A DNA stretch of 64,000 bases. It comes from Takakia lepidozioides. Its lineage: Eukaryota > Plantae > Bryophyta. Under the pieces are notes generated by a model, which made no database searches, was not told the DNA's origin, and saw only the letters and a list, made by a program, of their open reading frames with translations. Below are positions 36,265 through 49,693 of the stretch, piece after piece (position 1 is the stretch's first letter; each line of letters starts with the position of its first letter). The DNA lies in contig CM060733.1 in assembly GCA_030704615.1 (NCBI GenBank), positions 73,470,001 to 73,534,000 on the forward strand. The letters run 5' to 3'. The translations under genes were made by a program, and so were the position numbers.

Positions 36265-38550
36265 CTACTCATCCTCAGAGTCATCGGAGTCATGGCTATC
36301 CGATGAGCCTGATGACTCCGTGGAGGATATTACATCACTAGCACCCGGCCGGCCCTGCGCCGGAGCACCTGAAAGGGATCCCTGAACCCCCACAAAGCTC
36401 TCATCCAATCCCTGGCCATGGTCCCCCCCCCCCCTCTCATCCATTCTAGTGCCCTGTAGTGATGCAATGATCCCCTCCAAGTTGACCATGTTGTTCATGA
36501 GAGATTTCCAACCATGGTCCTTGCAGTGTCGCACTCTATCCGAGAGGGCTTCCTCTTAAACACGCGTTGCTACACATGCCACAAATTAAAGTCAGTTCCT
36601 CACGATGTTGGAGCCAGAAAGAAGACAACACAAAATATATAGAGAAATATGACTTACAAATTGAGTGATACAACCCTCGGATCCGCCGGGGCCCCATTTG
36701 TGGACATAGTCGTGCTTCTCAAGGTGGAGTGTTGTTGCGGGGCGTGCCTTCTCAAAACTGGCCTTCTTTGCCGCATCATTCTCTCCCGCAATGAGCGCAT
36801 CCCACGATACCTATGCCCCCCCCCCCCCCCCCCCCCCAATTAGTGAATCACACACATACGTTGCATCGAATCCACCTCATTAATGCACATGCAACAAATG
36901 GAAGGTGAAATGATTCAAGGATTTGTCAACCTATGTAATTCCAAAAGGTGGTTTGGGTGCGACCCCCTTCACCATTGCATTCCGAATGGTCTCTCCGGCA
37001 CGGTACCTCTTGTCCTTCAAGTTCCGCCCCACCATCTCCATCAGCCTTATGTCACTCCAATTGCCTGGAAACCCGCGGCGGTCTATCTCCTTCACAAACG
37101 CCCGCCTCTTGCCATAGTCCTGTTGAGCCCACTCAAGGTACCAGGGGAACCACTGCAATGCGAGGTCGAAGGCCTGCTTCTTCATAACCTCCTAGTACTC
37201 ACCGCAGGGCATATTGACCTCCACCGGTGGCACCACAATCTTTGCCAACTCCGGGTCTTTTGCCCCCCGGGATATCTTATTTTTCCCACCTTCTCCCTTC
37301 TTTGCATCCTCCTTCCCCTACTCCTTTGTTACCCCACTGCCTTTCCCCGCATGCACGATCGCCTCTTCATGTCCACGGGACTTTTTCTTCTTCTTCTGCT
37401 TCTCGTGCCCCTTCTCGACGACTATATCCTTCCCCTTCCCCGCTACTTCCTCTCTCTCCTTCTCCTTCTCCCTTCTCTCTCTCTCGTCGGCAACCCTTTT
37501 ATTGATGGAAAAAAGAACCTCGGGAGGTCGAGGTCTCTTCTTCTTACCTTTGGTGTTCGGGTCCCTCACGAACACCACGTGCCCTTCCTCATTGGCAACC
37601 TCACTGGGCTGCACCAATGAGGCCAAGAATGCCACTGCCTCCTGAAGACAAATAACCCCCCCAAACTCAAAAAAAAAAAACAAACAACAAAGAAAAACAT
37701 GCATGCAAAGCAAAGGACAAAACATGGAATGGGCAAGGTGCGACGGATGTACCTTTGCAACCTTGGCCGACTCGGCCCCGGTGTCATCCGATGTGGGAGG
37801 AGTCCCCGCTGCCGGAAGTCCCTGCACTATCCCCTCCCGGAGCGATGGTGGAAGTAAATTCCACAACACCATAGCCCCCGGCGGCGCCCCGTAGTCCAGG
37901 TCCTTCTTTGCTGACCGGTCAGGCTCTCCGGTCGGCGTCGCTGACCGGCTAGGCTCTCCACCGGCCCCTAGCTCCTCCCTCCCCCCAAATCCTCGGCTAT
38001 GACGAGGCGCTTCTGCAACTCATCCCTCTCATCGGCCTCTCTCCTCACCTCCTCCCTCATCTGAGACAGTGGGCTAGGAGCCAACACTTCCCGAGGCCTT
38101 TGAACTTGACCTTGGGCTTTGGCAAGTGTAGCCTTCACTGCGGAGGAAGGGCTCGGTAGAGGGGTGAGATCCAAAAGCTCCCCATACCGGGACGCCGAAT
38201 GGGTGATGCGCTTGCCAAAGGTACATTTCACCCGTCTTGGTGGCCGGGGGTGTGCTCAACTGAGCCAAGGGAACATTATCCGGCTCAGCAACAACCTCCC
38301 AAATAGAAGAGCTGGCTAAGCCGGCCCCTGGCGCATCCAAGACGGGGACAATGGGAGGGGGGGTATTGGGCTCAAGTTGCGGGCGAACCCTCTGGACACG
38401 GCTGTCGATGGGGCTGGTAGCCTGTGAGGTGCCAGCCCGCATCACACGTCCCGGGATAGCAAACGGGTGCCCCGCGGCTTTCTTTGGGGTAGGGGACTTC
38501 TTCTCTTTCCCCATATTCCTGGCACCTGTCATGCAAACCCGACATTAGGC
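36265..38550 (-). pseudogene. CACTA TnpA-like multi-exon gene, decayed
   Basis: Low-complexity N-terminus, WFPWYLEW...RRGFPGNWS...KDKRYR...KPPFGI, then HKWGPGGSEGCITQF|gtaagt and a last exon with an acidic tail. Confidence 0.6.
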
Positions 38551-38589
38551 CTTCGTGGAAACAACCTCTAGATTCCATATAAAAAAAAA

Positions 38590-41500
38590 AAACAAAGCAT
38601 ATGGGGGGCTGAGAGCAGCAACTGCTGCTGCTCTCAGCTCCCCCCCACCAGAAAGTAAAAGTCAAAATGTAGGGGGGGGAGTTGCTGATGCCCAGTCAAA
38701 CCCCCCTCCCCCCCACCTTCTTATTTATTTATTTTTGCCCCCTCTCTCCCTCTCTCTCCCTCTCTCCAATGATCTGGCTGGTTTTTCTTAAACCCAAGAG
38801 GTTTGGTCAAGAGGTATTATGCTTAAACCCTTGTTAACCATCTTCAAATTTCATCCATACTGGATGATTTTATATTTTGGATTTATTCCTAAATTGGTTG
38901 ATTTTTGTTAAATCATGTTACCTAGATTATTTGGTTTATAAGGTCATGAGTACTAACCCTAATGAATGCCAGATTTTATTCATCATAATGTGGATGTCAT
39001 CCCTGCTGGATAAAACCAGGAAGTTGTAACCGTTTGCTGTTAGCCATTTCATCCTTCTTGGATGAAATCGCAAAGGGATTTCTTTATCACCTCTCTTGCC
39101 TTATAAATTTGCACGATACTTGTGCTTATGGAGTGCTGGAGCTGAGTGACGGTGGCAGAACGTTCATTTAGCACAATTCTGGTGCTTTTGATTGTTGTGG
39201 AGATACGTAATTCAAAGCCTGCAGGTGTTCTGGCAAGATTCCAGTACCTTACTACCTCTCTTGGGGTGCGCAATGGCGGCAGTGCCTTCAATTCCCTCGC
39301 TGCGGTTGTCTCTTCTTTTGGCGGGCAATCGACCCTTGTTGTGATTGCTTGTCGAGCCCTTCATTGATCATTTAAGATAAAGTGGCGCTCTTAAGATCTC
39401 AGGGAGTTCCTCAGACTTGATAAAATGCTTGTAACTTTCAGCAAACCACTTCTTTTGTGTTCTGTCGATTGCCGAGTCTTGGACGCCATGTCGAGCCCTC
39501 TTCCACAAACAATTAAGGTTGTGGCTTATCTCTGCTTCGTTTTTTATCTGCTCCTGCTTTAGAATGTATATTGTACAGCGATGACAAGCGTGAGACCTGC
39601 TATTCACCTGGGGTTCCACAGTGATCACTAACTTCTGGTTTTTGGTTGCGTGTGATGGGAGCAGTTGAGGGTCCTCACTCAATATGATTCATGAAGCTTG
39701 CAGTTGACTGAAACCAGCAGTTGAAGCGACAAAGACAACAGCTATTTCTTCGGGGAGCTGATTCACTTCTGCCTCCTTACTTTGATCTTTCTGGCTATGC
39801 TTTCAACCTGTTTGTTGAGCAGCAATTCATTAGCTGAGCTTTCTTAGAATTCAAACTTTCTATTAAAGACTCTTGGTTTTGTTTTCAGCTGCATTCTGTT
39901 ATGATACTGGAAATACTATTTCCAAACCAAAATGTACTCTTGATTCCAGTTTATGGTGCTGTATTTGCTGCTCTGGCTTAAATGATACCAAGCAGCACAA
40001 TAGGAAGGCTTATGGGAACTCAGACAGTTTGTTTAAGGCCCCTTAAGCTATTAAGGATTAAACCTATGCAGGCCCTATGGTTTTCTGATCCTCCCTAGAT
40101 GCTTTGACCTTGCAGACACTTTGCTAAGGTATTTACATACTGTCCCCAGACCTAAACCATTCTGGAACATAAAACAAAGCCCTTGATACTGCTCCTTGAT
40201 TACAAGCTGCTTAGAAATGTGTCTGCAGCTCTGCTCTGGTTTTTGTGTTACTAAAAATGCTGGAACTATCTTTCCAGAATGCAATGTAACCATGGATGAT
40301 GAATTTAGCAGTTTGAATGTTTGCTTACCTGCCATGCACAGTTATACTATTCTAAATGGAGCATAACCAAGCATGTATTACATGCTTAGGACTCTGTTTT
40401 TCAGAATGTAAAGCTGGCTTATATAGGGGTGGCTTTCTAAATGATGTCTGTGCTACCAAAACAGACTGGGATTCTTTTTCCAGGGTGCAATATAGACACT
40501 GGTGGTAAATGTAGCAATCTGTATACTTGCTGTTCAACACCTTGTTAATGCAGTTATACACTGGCCCCAGACCTAAACCAGGTCTTGGGGCAAAAAACAA
40601 GGTATCTGGTCATACCCTATGTGTGTAAATTGCTTAGAAACAGTCTGCAGCTCTGATATGGTGATGGTGTTACAAAAAAGCTGGAACTTCTTTTCCAGGC
40701 TTTCAATGTAATCAAGAGTGGCAAATTTAGCAAGCTGAACTAGTTTTTCCTGCTATGCACAGTTGTTAATGTTCCATATGAAACATACCCAAACATGTAG
40801 CACTTGTTTGGGTCCCTGTTTGGATGAATATAAAACTGGCTCATGTATTGAGGTGGATTTCTATATTATCGCACCCCCCCCACCCATAGATTTCATGAAC
40901 CTTGAAATCTGTTGAATGTCATAAGACTGGTTTTTGAATGAAGGATGGTTGATAATGCCTTGTTATGAGGCTGATTTGTCGTTAATTTGACAAAGACCTT
41001 GTTTGGTCTTGTCCATGTCTCGACAAGACCTAGTATCTTCCCTCTCTTTTGTGCTGCTCACAAAAACAAAAAAAAACCAGAAGGTATGTCTTAGAACTTC
41101 CAGCGAGTGAGGTGAGCTGCTGCTCAGTCCCCACCCCCCCCAACCTTCTGGTTTTTTTAATTTCCATCAGGATGTGGAGAGAGAGGGAGAGAGAGGGAGT
41201 GTTGAGAAAAAAAAAAAAAAAAAAAAAGAAGGGACCGAGCAGCTGTTGCTGCAGAGCTCTGCCAACCCCCCCCCCGCCATCTTCTTTTTTATTTATTTTT
41301 CCCTCATCTCTCCCTCACTCTCCCTCTGTCCCTCTCTCCAGTTCTCAAGCCTAACCAATTTTTTCCTTAAGCCTATCTGGTTTGGAAACATTTTGAGTCT
41401 GTTTCATCCTTGATTAATTTTAGGGGCCTCATGCATACCAATTGAGAGCTGTACCTATATATTTTTTTCATCCTGTTTGGATGGCATCCATACCGGATGA

Positions 41501-44500
41501 CAGCAGAGATGAAAACCATGAATTATTTACTGGTAACTATCAGTTGTTAAGCGATTTCATCCCGTTTGGATGAAATCGTAAGGGGTTTCTTGCCTTATCA
41601 CTTATGCTGGAGGTGAGTGATGGCGGTAAAGTGCTCGTACAGCCCAAATCAAGGGCTTTTGATGCTTCTGGAATTGAGTAATGAAGGCTACGCAGCCTGG
41701 CAGCAAAATTCCAGGCTCTTTTACTGGCCCTGGCATGTGCAGTGGCGGCAAGCTTTCATCCCCTTTGCTGGTAGCCGCATTCTTTTGCGGAGCAATCGAA
41801 CTGGTTTCCTGTTGTTCTCTTGAATGCTCATTAAGGGTTTTCAGGACATCTCTCTTACCTGATAAGCTTCCCTTTACCTTCAGCAAACCACTTTCTTTGT
41901 ATGCTCGTTTGGATGCAAGTTGTGGACGCCATGTCGCAGTCGTCTCCTCTTCCACAAGCCCTTAAGGTTTTGGAATGAATTCTGCTACGTTCTCTGCACT
42001 TGCCAGCTTTAGGTTACATGTTTGACAGCGATAACATGCGTGAAGGTCTGTGATTCACCTGGGGTTCCACAATCCTCACTAACCTGTTGGTTTTTGTGGG
42101 GGCTTGTGATGGGACCAGGTGAGGATCTTCACCTGATATGATATCGGAAGCTTGCAGGTGCTGTGAACAATGCGGAAGGAGCTGATGATGGTGTATACTG
42201 CCAAGGCTGCTTGCTTCTGCTTCTGGGATACTTCAATAGGGATCTTTTGACTCTTACCTTGTTTTCTGGTCCTTTGGCAACCAAGTTTACTTGTTAAAGA
42301 GTAATGGCATAGCTTGGCCTCCTAGAATATTACATACATTCTATTGGTGGCTATCTGTTTTTTGACAAAGCTGCAATGTAGCATTTTTTGGACTTGGCTA
42401 CACTTTGACAAGGCTCTGGTTTGCCCACTCCAAGCATAATTATGCTATCTGATGGGTCAAACAGTTGTGATCAGGCAGCAATAGTTTAAAGGCTACTGAG
42501 CTGTATGTATGCTTAGCCCTTTAAAGATTACAGACATTCTTTTGGGCTCCCTAAATGCTGCTGAGTTTTGACCTGATATCAGCAAGTACCCTTTGAGTTT
42601 GTTTTGACTTAGACCTTATGGTGATAAGGCCCTGGCACAGTATGTCCAGGCCTGGATCAACATAAGAACAGTCCCAACAACTCTATTTCTCCATCTTTGC
42701 TTAGTAAATTGCTATGCAGGGCATCTGAGAAAGCTTTTGTAGAATGTGCAGATTGTCTTTGAAAGCCCCCAGTGGCTCCTGAGAAATATGGCCTGCCAAC
42801 TAGTGCCTTTTGAGGACGATTTTTATTCTGGCAATGTGCTAATAAGGCTTTGCAGCAACACTTTAAGGCCTGGTCTAGCCTTTAATGTTAGGGCCTTACC
42901 ACTCGGAGCGGCAGTGGAAGTCCCCGCAACCTGCTGAAGGCTTGCTGATTGGTTGATGGCTCGTAAACTGACACCCTCAGCTACCACACGGTAGGAAAGG
43001 CAACAAGAAGGCCATATGACGTGGTGCTTATGTGGAGCCTCTCCGTGAAAGCAGGATTTCCAGGGACTATTGCCTGGAAATCCGAAAAGTTAGGGAACTA
43101 CTTTGTTGCGATCTGCTCTTTCTCACCGTGGCCCTCATCTGGTTCATTCATTTTTGCTTCTCAACGATCTGTTCCCGTGCCCCACTGCCGCTCATGTGGT
43201 AGCGTTGGTTTGTTTTTGCTGACATGGGCCTACTCTCCTTAACATACAGGTGCTATAATCCTAGCCAGGGACTTCCATGTCACTCGAGCTCACTGCCGCT
43301 CGTGTGGTAACGCCCTTAATTCAAGCAATTGTGTTTGTAACTTGGTATCAGTTCCAACAGCTCTGTCTCTCCTTTTCTGCTTAGTAAACTACTCTGCAGG
43401 ACATCTGAGAAGGCTTTTGTAGAATACAATTGATCTTTGAAACCCCTCTGTGGTTCTTGAGGAATGTGATCTGCTAGCTGGTATCTGTTGAGCATGCTTT
43501 TAATTCTGGCAGGGTGCTGATAAGGCTCTGCAGCAAAGTTTTAAGGCCTAGTCTTGCTTTTGATAATTCAAACAGCCCTGTTTATAACTTGGTGGTTGGC
43601 TGGTACTTAATATGATTGTTTTTCACTGTGGCATGGGGTTGATAGTGCTTTGAAAAAAGACCTGATGTTGTTTTTCTGAAAGCCCATACAACCCTATGTA
43701 TATTTCTTTTACTTAGATACTACTATGCAAATGTTTAAACTTGGTGTAATAACTCTGTCACATCTATAATGGTTTTAAGTTGGTTCTGGAATGATATCTC
43801 CAGAGCTTAATTTCTGCTCCATGGCATGTTACACCTGTCTAGCTGATGGGTGGTGGACTTTCTTTAAAAGAAAACAGGTTTATGTCCATGTTGCATGCCT
43901 TACAATCCCCACCCTCCCACCCAAAGATTTCAGATACCCTGAAATCTGCAGGGGTCAATCAAATCAGATGCTGAGTTTTGAAGAAGTTGTTAGATAGTGC
44001 CTTCTATGAAGGTTGCGTTGTCTGTTACTTGACAATGACTTTATAAGTCTTGTCTACGTCTTGACATGACATAGTATCTTCCCTCTGTCCCATCAGTAGC
44101 TGCTCAGTTCCCCCCCCCCTTCTTTTTTATTTATTTTCCCTCATCTCTCCCTCACTCTCCCTCTGACCCTCTGTCAACTGGGTCTAAGGAATTGTTATCC
44201 CAACTTCCATTTTTTTCTAAGAACCAGGGTTGCATAATAATGAGGATGAAAATCAACCGGTTTTCATCTCAAATACCTAGACTTCATCCAATTTTTCATT
44301 ATAGCCTATCCTAATTTCATCCAGCCTATACGGCAGCTGTGATGAATTTCACCCAGGTAAGATCTCTCGATGTTTTTCATCTTACTGTAAATGAAAATCA
44401 TTAACTGACTTTCTATCAGTCGAGATCAGTGCTGAAAATGATGAAAATCATCCTGCCACTGGATGACTGTCGTGGCCTGACAAGGTGTTGTTACTGCAAA

Positions 44501-44600
44501 CCCTATCCCGGCCTCAGAATCTAGCGATGGCAGCCCGAAGAAGATGAAGGATTTCGTGCTGTAGTTAGGTTGTGCTGCCGCTTCCAGGTTTTTTTTTAAG
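38590..44600. repeat. Diverged tandem array of a ~2.6-2.8 kb module (two full units plus one partial)
   Basis: Colinear landmarks: pyrimidine tract (~38710, 41270, 44110); GGATGAAA clusters; tggacgccatgtcg (39480/41923); ttcacctggggttccaca (39603/42054); tagtatcttccctct (41031/44072). An inverted relative lies at ~300-1700. Confidence 0.8.
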
Positions 44601-45119
44601 CCTCTATGCATGCCGGCCTCATGGATTCATTAAGGAGACGGCGGTTTTTGTGATATGCGGGAAGCCACTCTTCCCCTTTGCCTCGTTTTTTGTTGCACTA
44701 GGGAACAGATGGCAGTAATGGCTGATTACTGCCTAACTTTTTTTGGGGATTCCCTAGTCAGCCGCTGTGGGTTCATCCTCAGGGAAGTCACTTCCAAATA
44801 TTCCCAACCGACATGCAAAAAAATATAGGGTGCAATTTATTTTGAAAAGATAAAAATTAGAAAACATTTATAATTAATAATGGGTACATTATATTGTGTT
44901 AGGGAATTTAAACAAATATAGGGTTTAAAATAATGATTCATTTAAAAAAATTAAGATTACTATAGGTTGAGATAATACATGTGGACACGTGTCGTCTAGT
45001 GATTAGTTCGTGGACACGTGTCGTGCATTTAGAGTTTAGGGTCTAATGGTAAAGAAGGGGGTCTGAGCGCGGGGGTTTCCCCTTTTCTAATGGTGAGGGA
45101 GGCAGTTTCCTGTCGATTG

Positions 45120-45430
45120 TCATCCATGAGGGCACAAGATTTAAACCTTCGAATCCCTGTGGATTGATAGCTACAAGAAACCTGTTTGGGTGGATGGTCG
45201 ACAGGAAGCACGAGAAGCAGCAGTGGTAGACAAAATACGAGGAGGGCCAGGGGCTGACAGAGACGAGGAGAAGCTTCGAGGGAATATTTTTCGGAGCCCT
45301 GTCAATGGTGGGATAATCGGGGCAGAAAAGTGAATGTGCACAAAGAGAAGCAGACGACAAGATGTATCGCAAAGTTTCATGTCCATTGTCATCTGAGAGG
45401 GCCGAATTTTAAAGCACAAGATTACCTTCC
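45120..45430 (+). pseudogene. Second OSB-like fragment with tandem PDF motifs
   Basis: TFESLWIDSYKKPVWV...RDEEKL(fs)EYFSEPCQWWDNRGRK|gtgaat...HLRGPNF(fs)KHKIT. Confidence 0.75.
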
Positions 45431-46124
45431 AAAACAAATTATTTTATTGTATTATTAATATAGGGTATTTAATATTTGTTTAGAACAATAAAATATAATT
45501 AAAATAGCATATCAAAAATTCACCATATCACAAAATTATGTAATTATAGGATATTAAAAAATACCCAAAATAAAAGTAATACCCCCCTACAAAATACCCA
45601 TTTATCTCACGTGCCCTATACAAGTGATATAGAGTGACTTCTCCGGGGGTTCATCATGGAATGTCGAAAAGCCAACGACTTTTTGGGTTTTTCAGATCCA
45701 TCTTCTTCTAGTTTTCTTTTTTTTTGAGCGGTATAGTCTCTTATGGGTAATCACTCCCCAGAATGCACGGACCCCTTCTAGTGTTGGCATTTTGAGCTGG
45801 GATGTATGTGTGTGAGATACACATCCTTGACTGTACTTTTTTTGAACAGTATAGCTTCTGTTGAGCTTGGGCAATCATTTCCAGAACAGTGATTGCTTAA
45901 AGACACCTGTTTGCGTTAATAATTAGGGCTGTGATGTATGTGTGGGACACACACATCCTTGAATACACCCTGATTTGCTTTGCCCCCTGTTTTACATGTG
46001 ATAACTGGTTGATATACCCAAACCTAACATCTGCAGTTACCCTGAGATAATTAAGCTTCTGGGATAAACATATCTGTGCTGCATATGTCTTTTTACAGCA
46101 GCATTTTGGGTACCAATGAAGCAA

Positions 46125-46765
46125 AGTTTCATTTCATGTCTTAGCATCAGCTGCAGATTAGGATGCTATACCACCTGGATATGTGCATGACATGCACTGA
46201 GAGTTTGCAGAACCAGATCCCAGTATGGTTTCTCAATGTTGGTAGCTTGTACTAAGGTCTAGGTTGATTAGACTATGTAAACACAGGGACATCAATACAC
46301 CTCAACCATTCATGGTCATTCTGATGCCAATACAAAATGACATTGATATGTCTTGCTACTGTATTTTTCAAAATTCCCAGGTGTTATGAAAGAGCTTTTT
46401 TTCCTGTTGTGGTGCAACTGTCTAAAAGGCCATGTCAGGAGCTTTAATTTGAATCTGCAACTGTTTTTTAAGGTTTTTCGTTTCATGACTTAGCATCTGC
46501 TGTAGTTTATGGTGCTAAAACAACCTGGATATGTACATATAATGCACTGATACTTTGCAGAACCAGATTCCAGTATGGTCTGTTTCAATGCTGATAGCAT
46601 GTGCCATGGTCTGGATTAATTTGACTACATGAACACATGGGCATCAATACCTAATACCTCAATCATTCATGGTCATTTCTGATGCTAGTAGGAAATGTGT
46701 CTCTGGCATGTTTGGTTACTGTATTTTTTGAAGTACCCAGGTGTTATGAAATAGTTCTTTTTCTG
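46125..46765. repeat. ~355-bp tandem duplication
   Basis: tttcatg.cttagcatc...acctggatatgt...tttgcagaaccagat.ccagtatggt...cccaggtgttatgaaa occurs twice. Confidence 0.8.
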
Positions 46766-47469
46766 TGGATAACTATCTGATGTGCTTTGTCTTGAGCTAC
46801 TATCTGCATCTGTAAAAGTTTTGAGGGGCTTGTGACAATCTGGAAACATTTATCAGTGATCGGCACTCTCCTCAGCAACTGGTGGCACCACCGTGATGAA
46901 AACTCACAACCACACCTTTTGTAAACCTATTTTTAATCCCCCTTTCCACGAGGTAACTGGGTAGAGAACCTGTTGCAGCTTATGGCTTAGACTACTAGGT
47001 TCATAACATAAACCTGCACCTGCACCTGCATCCACCGCAAGCACTCCTATGGTCTGCTGGTCATCAACCCAGCCTCACCATAAGAGAAACAATGATGGTA
47101 TGACTGGTCATCACCCCAGCCTCATCACCGACAGCACGCTCTAGGATTGACCGGTGATCAAATCCGGACCAACCTCCTATGAAAATAAGCGCCCACACAA
47201 AGCTAACATGATGCACAGTCAAGCATGCAGGTGTGGAGGGGATCCAAACACAAGAAAATCAAGACAACAACTCCCCCACACCAAAAACACTCCATAGTGT
47301 CGCTCCTGCAATGACACCCAGCCCAAACCCGGACTGACCCTCGCCTCCACCTACGGAAAGGTTTTGGCCTACAGAGAGGGTGAAAGACTACAAGGGAGAG
47401 AGACTAAAGCAATTCCTAATCCCAGCATGCCCTCATCCCACTACCCTATCTCCACACTCTCTTGCTTGA

Positions 47470-49690
47470 ACAATAGACAAGACTACCTTTCAAGGGTCTC
47501 TCGAGCCCTCAAGAATATGTCTCTCAAACAATCTCACTAAGGCTCCCAATCCTTGCACGATGGGACTCCAAAACAGTACACCAAGGCCCCAAGAGCCTGC
47601 CAAAACTTAGCCCTCGAGGACCCCAATAGTCCCTCACACAAGTCGCCAAAGACTCCTCAAGCTCGCCAAATATTGGCCTCCAAGGACCCCAAATAGTCCT
47701 CCAAAGAACTCCAAATGGTCCTCCAAGGACCCGAAACAGTCCTCCAAGGACTCCCAATGGTCTTCCAAATAGTCCTCCAAAGACTCCCAATGGTCCTCCA
47801 AACAGTCCTCCAAGGACTCCCAATGGTCCTCCAAGGACCCCAAACAGTCCTCCAAGGACTCTTCCTATATCACCATGTGCCCAATGCGTTCCCAATGGGT
47901 TCCCAATAGGTTCCCAAAGTCCCCTAGGAATATTCCCAAGAATATGCCATAGTATTCTCCCAGTATTCCCCTGGGCCTATACGTATTCCCCTTGTATTCC
48001 CCTTAGGAATAGCCATTTCCCCCTTGGAATAGCTATTTCCCCCTAGGCTTTAGCCACTTCCCCCTCTATTTCCTTGAGGTTTAGCCTTACCAAGCTAGGG
48101 TTTGTGCTCCTTGGGGCTCTATGCTTAATCCCCTCAAGCATCCATGAATTCTATGGGATACCAAGGCAAATTCCCCCGATCTTCTTCACTTTAAGCTACT
48201 CAAGTTTGTCTCCAACTCAACTAGCAATGCATTGGCCACACAACAAGCTCAATTTCTCATTGGAACTCAAAATCAAGCTTGTACCTCCTTTGGCAAGCCA
48301 CCAAGCCTTGTCTCCTCTCAAGCCTTGGTCATTCAAGCTCCCTTCACTTGTTAGCTCAAGAGCCACTGCTCTCAAGCTTGAAATTGCAAAGCTCAAGCCA
48401 AAAACATGCTCCACACATGCATCACCTCATACACAAGGGAATCAACTTGCTCCCTTTACCTTCTAGCTCTCCTCAAGCTTGAAATTGGAAGCCACACTTG
48501 GGAAGCATGCTCCACATAAGCATCACTTGCTTGATCAACCATCCACCACAAAACTTAAGCCAAAAGGGAATGAATACATAAGCTTCACCTTCCCATTCCT
48601 TGTCTTGTCACATGCTAATGTATGGTTGAAGTTGCTATGCATGCCTTGAGCCACAATCTCTTTTCTTCATGAAGACCACCTCCAATGATCTCCCACATGT
48701 GCTCCAAGCTCTTCAATGCTCTAGGCTTGGTTTCACATCATTATGGATAGAATTTTCACCCATATGCTTCCCTTCAAACCTCTTGAGCTTCCTAATGCTC
48801 TCCAAGTGTTTGCCCTTGTTGTCTTCAAGCCCAAGCCTATGTAGCTCCTTGGCTTCTCTTCCACAACATCCACAATTGAGCTTGCTTAACCCTAGATTGA
48901 TAGTGACATGAGTACTAACAATCATTTAGTTGCTCTCCACAAGCCATGGCACACACCATTGACTCCATAATGCATTGAAAAGATTCTCAAACCCTAGAAT
49001 CCATGTTTCCACACACACAATACTTCCCTCTTGCAATCCTTGCAAATCTTGTGGCAACAAGCTCCTTCTTGAGCTCTCCAACACCTTGGTGTAACACCAC
49101 AAGTACCTTTCCTTGCAAAGGCTTGTGATCTACAAGAGCTCCATCTTTGAGCTCTCCACCTCCTTAGGGCAAAACAATATCTCTCAAAGCCCTAACACCA
49201 CAAGGATTTTCCTTTGCAATATATGCAACACCTTGCAACACAAGAGCTATCTTCCCAAGCTCTTCAACACACAAGTGCTAAACTAACCCTTACACTCCGC
49301 ACTCACAAGCATAAGGTCATCTTCTTGTAGTGATAATGAAAGTGAACACAAGGGAAATACTCCACTCATGAATCCACTCACTCACATAAACTAAGTCAAG
49401 CCAAGGGCACCTTTGCTAAGGGAATCCACCCTACAAAGCCCTCACCACACTCCTCAATACCTAGAGCTATGGAGGTGGGAGAGGCTCATGGAGGCTCAAC
49501 TACAAGAAGATGAGCCCTCCTCAACACTCACAATGGGAAAACCCATCCCCATGTCCCAAGTGACATTTGATACCTCACTTGGCATGTGAGACCAAATGAA
49601 GTCCCAACACACAAAATACAAATATAAATATCCAAAATGTCCTAGTTAACTAGAAGTAGGTAATTCTAGTTAACCATGACTAAAACCATG
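47470..49690 (-). mobile_element. Heavily decayed LTR-retroelement-like sequence with an internal minisatellite (47634-47860)
   Basis: ccaaggac(t/c)cc...gtcct short tandem repeats, strong strand-biased composition, and a degenerate Met-PBS-like gaggtatcaaa at ~49570. No intact domain recognised. Confidence 0.35.
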
Positions 49691-49693
49691 ACA

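Noticed and set aside
47524-47909. ORFs with GVLGGLF / LEDHWES repeats
   Set aside because: Translations of a minisatellite that is open in several frames.
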